Assembly: GCA_026388765.1 (NCBI GenBank)
Contig: JAPLJC010000033.1
Coordinates: 2,408-66,407 of the forward strand
From: Deltaproteobacteria bacterium
GTDB taxonomy: Bacteria; Desulfobacterota; Desulfobaccia; Desulfobaccales; 0-14-0-80-60-11
Direction: 5' to 3'
Length of the DNA: 64,000 nt
The translations under genes were made by a program, and so were the position numbers. The stretch's first letter is position 1, and the number at the start of each line of letters is the position of its first letter. Below are positions 1-7,889 of this stretch, piece after piece. The notes beneath the pieces are model-generated. The model made no database searches, had not been told where the DNA came from, and saw only the letters and a list, made by a program, of their open reading frames with translations.

Positions 1-201
1 CATTTTACCGGAGCGTTCGGCGGGCACCGACTCGAGGGAGCCGGCGGTCTCTTTGGCCGGGTTGCGCTCCTCGTGTTTCTGGTCAGGTTCGAAGCTCGCG
101 TCATAGGCCAGATAACCTTCGGCGGCCGTCAGGGTTTCTTTGACGCCCTCCACGGCTTCGATTTTGCCGGCCATCTGGCCGCGTACTTTGGTGGTGGGCA
201 T
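1..201 (-). CDS. Phage structural-region protein, N-terminal 67 codons only; the gene runs off the window.
   Basis: The ATG at 201 sits 2 nt after the stop of the upstream gene (204-206). The frame stays open to position 1 and reads MPTTKVRGQMAGKIEAVEGVKETL... Confidence 0.4.
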   Translation of the reverse strand, partial: MPTTKVRGQMAGKIEAVEGVKETLTAAEGYLAYDASFEPDQKHEERNPAKETAGSLESVPAERSGKM

Positions 202-203
202 GA

Positions 204-611
204 TCAGGACTCCTTCTCAGTGGCAACGGCCTCGGGCCCGTGGTCTGGCTGGGACGCCTCAGGGGCCGGTGCAGGCTCGCCCTCGGCCTCGCCGGGGTGG
301 CCAGGGGGTTCAGGTTGGGACTCACTGGGGCCGTCTAATGGCCCCTGAGTCTCGATTACAGCCGGGGCCGCGGGTTCGGCTGGAACTTCCGGCAGCTTCT
401 GCCAATGCGGCGGCTGCAAGGTCACGGTTTCGGCAGCCCGGGCCTGAAAGGTTTGCCCGGCCCCTGACGGAACCTGCCGCCCCCGGCCCGATTTTACCGT
501 CTCGGCGGCCTGGGCCTCGAACGACATAATTTCCGGGCCCAGCCGTTCCACCTCGGACTCCGGGATTAGTTGACCGTCCCGCGTGGTCTCGCCGGTGCCT
601 AGGGCGCTCAC
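204..611 (-). CDS. Hypothetical phage protein, Pro/Glu/Ala-rich
   Basis: ORF track entry. It overlaps the upstream gene by 4 nt and is part of the late operon. Confidence 0.5.
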   Translation of the reverse strand: MSALGTGETTRDGQLIPESEVERLGPEIMSFEAQAAETVKSGRGRQVPSGAGQTFQARAAETVTLQPPHWQKLPEVPAEPAAPAVIETQGPLDGPSESQPEPPGHPGEAEGEPAPAPEASQPDHGPEAVATEKES

Positions 612-1108
612 GCCGAGGTCCCCACGATCCAGATGAGGTAATCGCAGGGATCACCCGCATTATTGGCGACCTTGAGCTTGTCGCCGGTGCCCGGGGTCAC
701 AGGCCAGCCGGTGACCGGGTTATCCATCGCCAGTTTGGCCGTGGGCGCCAGTACCGCGGTGTTGGCCCCGGCCCCCAGGAAGACCAGGGGGTTGGCGTCG
801 TTGCCGACGGTCAGGATCTTAGCGCCGCTCAGGTTCTGGATGACGATGGCCCGCACCTTGGCGAAGTTGAGGGCGTTGCCGAAGGCGTCCACCAGGCCGC
901 CGCCGGCCAGGTCCAGGCTCTCGGAGGCGCCCCCGGCCAGGGTGCGCTTGACCGGCCCGTAGACCAGGTCCGCCTGGGCGCTGCCGGTGCCGGCGGCGAA
1001 CTGCTGGCTCAGCGACTGGTTGACCTCATCGATAAGGGCGCGATAATCCAGGCTGTTGCTGTTCTTGTGCTGCAAAATGATGCTCAGTTGCGCGCTGTTC
1101 AGTCCCAT
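608..1108 (-). CDS. Hypothetical phage structural protein (neck/tail region)
   Basis: 166-aa ORF in the late operon. The start is preceded by a GGAGA-type SD. No recognisable motif. Confidence 0.6.
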   Translation of the reverse strand: MGLNSAQLSIILQHKNSNSLDYRALIDEVNQSLSQQFAAGTGSAQADLVYGPVKRTLAGGASESLDLAGGGLVDAFGNALNFAKVRAIVIQNLSGAKILTVGNDANPLVFLGAGANTAVLAPTAKLAMDNPVTGWPVTPGTGDKLKVANNAGDPCDYLIWIVGTSA

Positions 1109-1123
1109 CAGGGTCTCCTTTTT

Positions 1124-1558
1124 CTACGGCGCCATCTCCCGTTCTTGGGCCGGCAATTCCAGGACCGCCACGTGGCAGAGCACCGACCCGAACATGCGGG
1201 GTTCCAGGGTCCTAAGTTTCAGCGGCCCGGCCAACTGGCAATGGCCGCCCAAATCAAAGTCAAAGCGCAAGAGCGCCATGACCTGTTCCACCAGTTCCTG
1301 AAAGGCCTTCTCGCTGGCCGCGGCGTCGTTCAGGGCGTAGATGCCGACGATCTCATAGGTGTGGTCGCGGTCCACCACCGGCTCGGCCGCCCGGTCCTCC
1401 TGGGTAGCCTTGCGGGTGATGTGCCAGCCGTTGAATTTGTCATTGGCCACGTAAAGTTTGACCAGGGCGGCCCAGCGGTCGTAGGTGTGGACCACGCCGA
1501 GGCCGGGGAGGGTCAGCAGGCGGTCCTTGAGATAATCCCGGATAGTGGCGTAACTCAT
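1124..1558 (-). CDS. Hypothetical phage neck/tail-completion protein
   Basis: 144-aa ORF whose start overlaps the upstream stop (ATGA). The call is based on position downstream of the head-tail joining genes. Confidence 0.55.
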   Translation of the reverse strand: MSYATIRDYLKDRLLTLPGLGVVHTYDRWAALVKLYVANDKFNGWHITRKATQEDRAAEPVVDRDHTYEIVGIYALNDAAASEKAFQELVEQVMALLRFDFDLGGHCQLAGPLKLRTLEPRMFGSVLCHVAVLELPAQEREMAP

Positions 1559-2070
1559 GAGAGGCGCTCCACGATGCGGTCTGCCACCTTATCCCAGAGG
1601 ATGGTCCAGGGGCCGGCCTCGAGCGCGGCCAGGGTCTTCTCCACGAAGTGCGTCCCTTTGGTGCCCGGATGATGGACCGCTTTGACCACCACCTCGGTCC
1701 CCTGGCCGCCGGCCTCCGCCAGGTTGAAGTTGGCGAAGGGCATGAAGGCCAGGGCCTTTTTGTTCCGGGGCAGGATGAGGTGAGGCTTGCTGCCCTTCTC
1801 CACGGTTTCGCCGTAGGGCACCGGGTTGAAGACCCTCGACTCGAAGGGCAGGTCCATTGCCAGATATTCCCGCTGCCAGCCCTTGGCCAAAGAGCCGCCG
1901 GGGCGGCCCTGCCAGGACTGGCCCACCGGCGTGGCCTGGACGATGCGGGTCAGCACCAGTTCGGTGGCCTCCACCCCGCCCTTGATCACCTCCTGGCGGA
2001 AGATCGCCGCCGCCCCCGGATCGGTGAGCAGCACCCCTTTCTCTTCTAAGGCCATCTGGATATTGACCAT
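1555..2070 (-). CDS. Head-tail joining protein, HK97 gp10-like (tentative)
   Basis: 171-aa ORF. Its size, position and general sequence character resemble gp10-type head-tail proteins. This was judged by eye only. Confidence 0.5.
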   Translation of the reverse strand: MVNIQMALEEKGVLLTDPGAAAIFRQEVIKGGVEATELVLTRIVQATPVGQSWQGRPGGSLAKGWQREYLAMDLPFESRVFNPVPYGETVEKGSKPHLILPRNKKALAFMPFANFNLAEAGGQGTEVVVKAVHHPGTKGTHFVEKTLAALEAGPWTILWDKVADRIVERLS

Positions 2071-2759
2071 TATCTCAGTCTCCGGGGGTGGGTGATCCGG
2101 TCCGTGCCCCAGCCGGCGTTCATATCCCAGTCGGCGGTGACCGAGGCGCCGGGGAGGCCGCCTTCGGCGGCGGCCGGGGCGATGTGGGTTTTATACAGGC
2201 CTTCCAGTTCCTTGCCCCGCTTGGCGTAATCACCGGATTTGCTGCCGTAATTCACCGCGTCGGCCTGGATGCTGGGCTCGCTCGTCTGGGCGTATTTCCG
2301 GGACAGGGCGTAGCAGCACAGGGCCCCGGCCAGGTTGACCACCGCGTCCTGGTCCGCCGCCGGGACGGTGGTGCCGTCGCCGCTCGCCTGGTGCCGCACC
2401 GTGTAGGTCAGGAGAATGGTCTCGGTGGCCGAAGGCGAAAAGGCCAGGAAGCGCAGCACCTTGCCGTCCTTGGTCTGATAGAGCAGCCAGTCGTTGTCGT
2501 CCGGGATCTCGGGCTGCTGCTGGCCGGCCGGGTATTCCACCTGGCGGACGTCCGAGAAGCCCTCCTCCCAATCGTCCGGCAGGTCGTAATCGAAACCGCC
2601 GTCGCCGGCGATCTGGGCGGCCGCCACCAAAGGGCGGTCCTGGGAATAGCGGCTCACCGCCTCCAGCAGGAAGGCCTGGCGCTCGGGCGCCGACAGCATG
2701 GCCGCCTTGTCCTGGATGACGATGACCAGTTTGGCGTCGAAATCGCTCAGTGCCGACAT
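2070..2759 (-). CDS. Hypothetical phage head-tail connector region protein
   Basis: 229-aa ORF in the late operon, tightly packed with its neighbours. Confidence 0.55.
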   Translation of the reverse strand: MSALSDFDAKLVIVIQDKAAMLSAPERQAFLLEAVSRYSQDRPLVAAAQIAGDGGFDYDLPDDWEEGFSDVRQVEYPAGQQQPEIPDDNDWLLYQTKDGKVLRFLAFSPSATETILLTYTVRHQASGDGTTVPAADQDAVVNLAGALCCYALSRKYAQTSEPSIQADAVNYGSKSGDYAKRGKELEGLYKTHIAPAAAEGGLPGASVTADWDMNAGWGTDRITHPRRLR

Positions 2760-2768
2760 GCTCGGCCC

Positions 2769-3326
2769 CTAAAAATAGAGGGTGTAACTGATCTTGGCCA
2801 GGGCCAGGATCTGGCCCGGGTCGGTTTCCGGGGCATAAACCTCGGCAAATTCGCTGGTATCCACCGCAATAGAGAAGGTGTCGGCGCCCAGCCGGGTGAT
2901 GACGTGCGTTCCGTTGAGCGCCGCCCAGTCCGCCTGGGTGATGCCGCGCAGGGAGACCTGGTCGCCGTCGTGCAGGCCGTGGCCGATCCAGGTGACCACG
3001 CAGGCAGCGGCCTGGCTCAGACCCGCCAGGGCTGCCGCGGCCGCGGCGCGGATGGCCCGGAACTGGTTCAGGGCTTGTTGGCCGCAGATCCACATCTCAT
3101 CGGTGATCGCCCGGGGAATGCCGCTGGCCGCGGTGGGAGCGCCGCCATCCTCCCGGTAACGCACATCTGCGGTCTCCAGGTTGCAGCGCGCCGCCTTGGC
3201 ATTGACACCGAGGTGGCTCAACTTGGCCGCCTCGAAGCCCACGCCGCCGGCGGCGTCGCCCACCAGCAGCTCGCCGAACTCCTGGGGCGCATATTTTAAG
3301 GGGGCCAGAAAGATATTGAAGCCCAT
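2769..3326 (-). CDS. Hypothetical phage head protein
   Basis: 185-aa ORF. An SD (GAGGAG) lies upstream of the ATG at 3326. Confidence 0.55.
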   Translation of the reverse strand: MGFNIFLAPLKYAPQEFGELLVGDAAGGVGFEAAKLSHLGVNAKAARCNLETADVRYREDGGAPTAASGIPRAITDEMWICGQQALNQFRAIRAAAAAALAGLSQAAACVVTWIGHGLHDGDQVSLRGITQADWAALNGTHVITRLGADTFSIAVDTSEFAEVYAPETDPGQILALAKISYTLYF

Positions 3327-3397
3327 AAATAGCTCCTCGTGGCGCAGGCGTCCCGCCTGCGAACCGCTTAAGGCGGGCGAGACGCCCGCCCTACGGG

Positions 3398-3823
3398 TTA
3401 TTGCAGTTCGTACTCCACTTCGCCGTGCATGGCGGCGATGTTCATGCCATTGCCCACCTTCACCTGGCGGAAGGTCAGGACGTCGCCGGCGGTCACCAGC
3501 AAATCGGCCGCGGTAGCGGAGAGCGGGATTACCTTGGGAGTGTCGGCGCCCAGATTGACCCCCGAAGTCAGGGCCAGAGTGGCGATATCCACCGTGCCGG
3601 AGCCGTCCGCCCCGAGGTTGCGCAGGGCCAGGGTGACGGAGTTGGTGTTGGCCCCGATGACCGCGGCCTCGGCCGTGGCCTTGACCCCCTTGATCCTGAG
3701 GTCCTTATGGGCCACAAAGCGGCCGTTATTGACCGTGGCCCCCAGCGGCGCCGCCACCGCCCCGGAGCCCGCCAGGCGGGTATAGGTCATGCCGGGAATG
3801 CAAGAAGCAGGATGTCTGCCCAT
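3398..3823 (-). CDS. Small head-associated protein, paralogue 1 (possible decoration/cement protein)
   Basis: 141 aa. Clearly paralogous to 3905-4342: both share the N-terminus MGRHPASC, an internal ...NNGRFVAHKDLR... stretch and the C-terminus ...GADTPKVIPLSATAADLLV.AGDVLTFRQVKVG...EYELQ. It lies directly downstream of the capsid gene. Confidence 0.7.
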   Translation of the reverse strand: MGRHPASCIPGMTYTRLAGSGAVAAPLGATVNNGRFVAHKDLRIKGVKATAEAAVIGANTNSVTLALRNLGADGSGTVDIATLALTSGVNLGADTPKVIPLSATAADLLVTAGDVLTFRQVKVGNGMNIAAMHGEVEYELQ

Positions 3824-3840
3824 CGTTGTTCTCCTTTTTT

Positions 3841-3903
3841 GACGGAGGACCGAAGACGGAAGACGGGAGAAATTGCCCCGTCCCCGGTCTCCGGTCTCCG
3901 GTC
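3841..3903 (-). repeat. Intercistronic inverted repeat built from heptamers: (GACSGRR)x4, 7-nt loop, (YCCSGTC)x4
   Basis: Read directly from the sequence. The arms are 3841-3868 and 3876-3903. Some non-complementary positions become G:U wobbles only in the minus-sense RNA; a few true mismatches remain. The element sits between the stop at 3905 and the SD/ATG at 3823. Confidence 0.75.
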
Positions 3904-3904
3904 C

Positions 3905-4342
3905 TTATTGCAGTTCGTATTCCACTTGCCCGTGCATGGCGGGGATGGCCTGGCCGTCACCCACCTTCACCTGGCGGAAGGTCAGGACATCTCCCGCGGC
4001 CACCAGCAGATCCGCCGCGGTGGCGGAAAGCGGGATCACCTTGGGGGTGTCAGCTCCCATATTGACGGCGCTGACCAGGGCCAGGCTGGCGATATCCACC
4101 GTGCCGGCGCCGGCCGCCCCCAGATTGCGCAGGGCCAGGGAGACCGTGTCGGTGTCGGCCCCGGTGACCGCGTCCAACGCCGTGACCTTGAAGCTTTTCA
4201 CCCTCAAGTCCTTATGGGCCACAAAGCGGCCGTTGTTAATGGTCGCCAGGGTGCCCTCCAAACCCACAGTAGCGGCGGGACCGATGCCCACCAGGCGGGT
4301 GAAGGTCTCGCCGGGGGTGCAAGATGCAGGATGTCTGCCCAT
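3905..4342 (-). CDS. Small head-associated protein, paralogue 2
   Basis: 145 aa, a tandem paralogue of 3398-3823. Confidence 0.7.
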   Translation of the reverse strand: MGRHPASCTPGETFTRLVGIGPAATVGLEGTLATINNGRFVAHKDLRVKSFKVTALDAVTGADTDTVSLALRNLGAAGAGTVDIASLALVSAVNMGADTPKVIPLSATAADLLVAAGDVLTFRQVKVGDGQAIPAMHGQVEYELQ

Positions 4343-4358
4343 CTTTTTCTCCTAAAAT

Positions 4359-4422
4359 GACGGGGGGCCGGAGACCGGAGACGAAGGCACCTGCCCCGGT
4401 CCCCGGTCTCCTGTCGCGGGTC
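4359..4422 (-). repeat. Second copy of the heptamer-built inverted repeat
   Basis: Arms at 4359-4386 (GACGGGG GGCCGGA GACCGGA GACGAAG) and 4395-4422 (CCCGGTC CCCGGTC TCCTGTC GCGGGTC). It lies between the capsid stop (4427) and the SD/ATG at 4342. Confidence 0.75.
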
Positions 4423-4426
4423 TTTT

Positions 4427-6787
4427 TTAGTTGCTCACCACGTGCTTGAAAAAGCCCCGGTGCTCCAGCGGCAGAATGCCGTATTCGAACCGGAGCTTGT
4501 AGGCCAGTTTGTCCGAACTGAACATGTAGCCCTGCTGGGGCTGATCCTGGATGAAGATTTCCGGCTCTTCCCGGCCCTGCAGGAAACCGACCTCGATGGT
4601 GGGGATATCCTTGGGGTCGGCCACGGCCACCCAGTCGGTGGCGTCGTTCCAGAAGTCCAGCACCAGGTAGTCCAACCCGGTGTGCAGGGTGGGCAGGTCG
4701 GTGAGTTCGCCGCTGGCCGGCACCTTCAAGCCGGACTTGGTGAGCTCGAACATCATCTCTTCCAGCTCGTTCGGCCCCAGCAGATAACGGGGCACCAGGC
4801 CCAGGACGTCGTTGCCGTCGAAAGAGGTCTGGGAGCGCATGGCCACCCGGGTGGCGGTCAGGCCCGCGGCACTCATGGCGGTTGACCCCAGGTTGCCGTG
4901 GGCGTTATCGAACAGGGGCTTGTTGCCGCCCGCTTCTGCCGGTGTATAACCCATCACCGGGTTGGCCACGAAGATGCCGAAGAAATCCTTAAACAGGGTG
5001 CGGGCCGCGGCCCGGGCCAGGTTGATGGGGATGCGACGGATGGCCCCGACCTGATCATCGATGATCATGCGCCGGGAGAGGAACTCCAATCCGCCCAGGG
5101 TGTCCACTGCATACCCGATTTCCTGATCATTGGGGCTGGCGAGTTCCAGGTAATTGTCGTGTTGCCCCACATGCGGCAGGTCGCCGTAGCCGCCCACCCG
5201 CATGCGATAGTTCTGTCGGAAATCCTGCACCGGCACGATGTCGCTGGCGATCAGCCGCCAGGACTGGTACTGCGGCAGGTTGTATTCCGCCAGCAGCCGC
5301 CGGTACATCGAATCCCCGAAGATCTGCGCCCAGGAATCCGTCCCCAGGGCCTCTTTGAACCGGGTCAGCCCTTTGGCGTCTCCCAGGCGCCCGGTGACCA
5401 GGCGGTCGCCGGTGATCATCACGTAGGCTTCCCGGAAACTCTTAAACCGGGGCACCTTCAGGTCCTTGAGCTTCTGGTCGGTCTGGAAAAAGAAGCCGTC
5501 CAGACCGGCAATCACCTTGTCCTGCTCGGCGGCGCCGGCCGCGGCCGGGGCAAAACCCTTCAATCCCGCGGCCTCATGAAAACTGGCCAGATATTCGCGC
5601 TCATCCTTGATGCCCTGGTCCAGTTTGGCCTCGGTGAAGATCTTCCGGGCGGTGAAGTCCTTGCGCAGCTTCGTCTGGGTGATCTCCGGCAGGCCGCAGG
5701 CCACCAGCTTGGTGGAGAGCAGGTTGCGGCACTCGGCCTCCTGGAAGCGGGCCTCGGATTGCTCGATCCGCTCCAGCAGATCTTTCTGCTCCTTGGCCTT
5801 GGCCCGGTCCGCCTCCGGCACTTTGGTTTTCATGGCCTCCCGGAAGAGGGTCATAACCTCTTCCTCTTTGAGGTTCGCCTGGTCCTTGCCCTGGAGCAGC
5901 TCCGGCCGCTCCGCCTCGATCATTTTGATCATGCGTTCGATAAATTCCATCTCGTCCTTTCCTCCCGTTCCGGCGCCGTCCGCCTGGATCATTCTGATGA
6001 TCTGCCCCCCGGCCGAAGCATTCAGCACCGGGTCCACCGCGTCCACCTTGGTAATGGCCTCGGCGTAACGCACCATGCGGCCGTCCTGCCGCCGCAAACT
6101 GGCCCGGCCGTCGGCCACGATGGAAAACCCCAACAAGTCGGTCTTGCCCTGATTCCAGGCCTGCCGCATCTTGACGGCGAGCCAGGGGGCGTCCCCAGCC
6201 ACGTGAAAATGACTCACCAGGCGACCACCATCAGCCTCCTGAAATTGCACCTGGTCATGCCAGCCGACGATATTTTCGACCGAGGCGCCCTTTTCCTTCA
6301 GGTGATCGTCGTCCGAGCGCTTAAAGGCCCGGACCCCCTCGAACAGGGGCGCCGCCTCCCGGAGGACTTCCGGCGGATAGAAGGTGCCGCTCTTGGCCAG
6401 GCCCGCCGAAATCAGCGATACCAGCCACTCGTAGCCCTGATCATCCCCCGCGTCGATCATCCGGCCCGGCAGGAGCACAGGCTTGCCAGCCTGTGCCCCT
6501 TCCGCCTCTCTTAATTGCGCCGGCATCTCGGCCGTCTTCCCCATTTTCTGATAAGCGGCCCGCAACTTGGCCTTGACCCCGGCCAGCGCCGCCGCCGGCA
6601 GGTCCACTTTCTGCCCGCGGAAGCCGCCCTCGGATAAGGCCGCGGCCGCGTCCGCCAGGTGCGTCTCATCCGGCGAGCCGTCGGCCTGGAGATAAAGCAG
6701 CTTCCAGGACTCCGGGTCCTGCGGGTCGCCCACAAAAGCGAAACACTTGGCCGGTAGTTCCTGGTCGCCTACTTTTTTGGTCTTCAT
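4427..6787 (-). CDS. Prohead protease / scaffold / major capsid protein fusion (786 aa)
   Basis: The N-terminal third has the layout of a prohead serine protease (...RSDDDHLKEKG...GWHD...LLGFSIVADG...). The middle is a charged coiled-coil (EMEFIERMIKMIEAERPELL...KEQKDLLERIEQSEARFQEAE). The C-terminal ~350 aa look like an HK97-type capsid protein. Confidence 0.7.
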   Translation of the reverse strand: MKTKKVGDQELPAKCFAFVGDPQDPESWKLLYLQADGSPDETHLADAAAALSEGGFRGQKVDLPAAALAGVKAKLRAAYQKMGKTAEMPAQLREAEGAQAGKPVLLPGRMIDAGDDQGYEWLVSLISAGLAKSGTFYPPEVLREAAPLFEGVRAFKRSDDDHLKEKGASVENIVGWHDQVQFQEADGGRLVSHFHVAGDAPWLAVKMRQAWNQGKTDLLGFSIVADGRASLRRQDGRMVRYAEAITKVDAVDPVLNASAGGQIIRMIQADGAGTGGKDEMEFIERMIKMIEAERPELLQGKDQANLKEEEVMTLFREAMKTKVPEADRAKAKEQKDLLERIEQSEARFQEAECRNLLSTKLVACGLPEITQTKLRKDFTARKIFTEAKLDQGIKDEREYLASFHEAAGLKGFAPAAAGAAEQDKVIAGLDGFFFQTDQKLKDLKVPRFKSFREAYVMITGDRLVTGRLGDAKGLTRFKEALGTDSWAQIFGDSMYRRLLAEYNLPQYQSWRLIASDIVPVQDFRQNYRMRVGGYGDLPHVGQHDNYLELASPNDQEIGYAVDTLGGLEFLSRRMIIDDQVGAIRRIPINLARAAARTLFKDFFGIFVANPVMGYTPAEAGGNKPLFDNAHGNLGSTAMSAAGLTATRVAMRSQTSFDGNDVLGLVPRYLLGPNELEEMMFELTKSGLKVPASGELTDLPTLHTGLDYLVLDFWNDATDWVAVADPKDIPTIEVGFLQGREEPEIFIQDQPQQGYMFSSDKLAYKLRFEYGILPLEHRGFFKHVVSN

Positions 6788-6848
6788 GCAACCTCCTTCA
6801 GGCCGCTAATTGGAATTCGCCCCAACTGGGGCGCCAGGCCACCAGGCG

Positions 6849-7598
6849 TCAGTGGCAGTTAATGGTCTCCCCCGGATCGCCGTCCGGGTCCTGGGGATAC
6901 ATCAGAGGGCCGCCGGAAAAGTCGAAAGGCTGGTCCATTTCCCGGGTCTCCCCGTTCATGGCCACGTGCTCCGGCCGGGAAGTCTTGCCGCCGCCGGGGT
7001 GCAGCCACATCTTGAGCAGCTCCGGCACCACCTCCTGGGCCTGCTTCAGCCCCAGGTAATTGGCTATTGAAAAATTGCGGCCCACCTCGGTGGTGACAAT
7101 GGCCGCGGCCCGGGCCTCAGCCGCCCGGCCGCCGCCCAGCAGGTCCCGGACGAACTGCATGGCCTGGGCCGGGGTCTCGGCCCCGGTAGTGGCCAGCAGC
7201 ACTTCCCGTTTCAGGGCCTGGCGCAGATCGTCCGACAGGTCGGTGATAAGGTGTAGGCCGTTATCGGCGTAGGCTTCGAAGCCCTGCCGCCAGATCCCGG
7301 CCCAACTGATGCCGCTGTCGAAGGCTCCGGGCAGGCTCAGACCCAACTCGAAGGCCGTCTTTTGCCAGCCCTGCAACTCGCCCCAGTAACGGTCCCGAAA
7401 ATCCTTGGTGGCCTTTTCAATGCCGGTGAGCAGTTGCCCGGCCCGGTGGCTCGCCCAGTCGCTGCGGGAAAATTCCCGCTCCACGTAGTCCCGCAAATCG
7501 GCCAACAGTTTCAGGGCCGCAGCCGCCCCGGAATGGTCCAGGTGGTCCACCTGGGCCAGGGTGTTTTTATAGAGTTTGCGGGCCTCGGCTGCGGTCAT
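6849..7598 (-). CDS. Head morphogenesis protein, Mu gpF / SPP1 gp7 family
   Basis: ...AAAIVTTEVGRNFSIANYLG... and the C-terminal ...EHVAMNGETREMDQPF... are typical of MuF-like minor head proteins. The gene lies next to the portal. Confidence 0.8.
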   Translation of the reverse strand: MTAAEARKLYKNTLAQVDHLDHSGAAAALKLLADLRDYVEREFSRSDWASHRAGQLLTGIEKATKDFRDRYWGELQGWQKTAFELGLSLPGAFDSGISWAGIWRQGFEAYADNGLHLITDLSDDLRQALKREVLLATTGAETPAQAMQFVRDLLGGGRAAEARAAAIVTTEVGRNFSIANYLGLKQAQEVVPELLKMWLHPGGGKTSRPEHVAMNGETREMDQPFDFSGGPLMYPQDPDGDPGETINCH

Positions 7599-7602
7599 AA
7601 AC

Positions 7603-7830
7603 TTAATGTCTCGGGCTCAAATCCATTACGGGCACCCAATACTCCTGATTATTCTTCAAGTAGATTCCTTCCATTAGGAAACTAACCCCTCTACGATAGT
7701 ATCGTTTCCATTGTCTATTATTAAAATTTCTTGCTGCTTCACAAAAACTACAATTATGCCTAAAACACGGACGTGGACCAATGGATAGATGATAAATAGT
7801 GTCAGGGTCTACATCGTTTATATCGACCAT
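7603..7830 (-). CDS. AT-rich moron ORF (75 aa, Cys/His-containing), unknown function
   Basis: A visibly AT-rich island in a GC-rich operon. An SD (AAAGGGGAA) precedes the ATG at 7830, and the stop is 4 nt before the MuF-like start. Contains CFRHNCSFC. Confidence 0.5.
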   Translation of the reverse strand: MVDINDVDPDTIYHLSIGPRPCFRHNCSFCEAARNFNNRQWKRYYRRGVSFLMEGIYLKNNQEYWVPVMDLSPRH

Positions 7831-7853
7831 TTAATTCCCCTTTATTCTGCCTT

Positions 7854-7888
7854 TACTGACCACTGACCACTGGCTACTGACTACTGTC
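7854..7888 (-). repeat. Tandem heptamer array, 5 x YACTGRC (minus sense GYCAGTR), copy A
   Basis: TACTGAC CACTGAC CACTGGC TACTGAC TACTGTC. It starts 1 nt from the portal stop (7890-7892) and is followed on the minus strand by AAGGC..SD..ATG (7830). Confidence 0.85.
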
Positions 7889-7889
7889 T

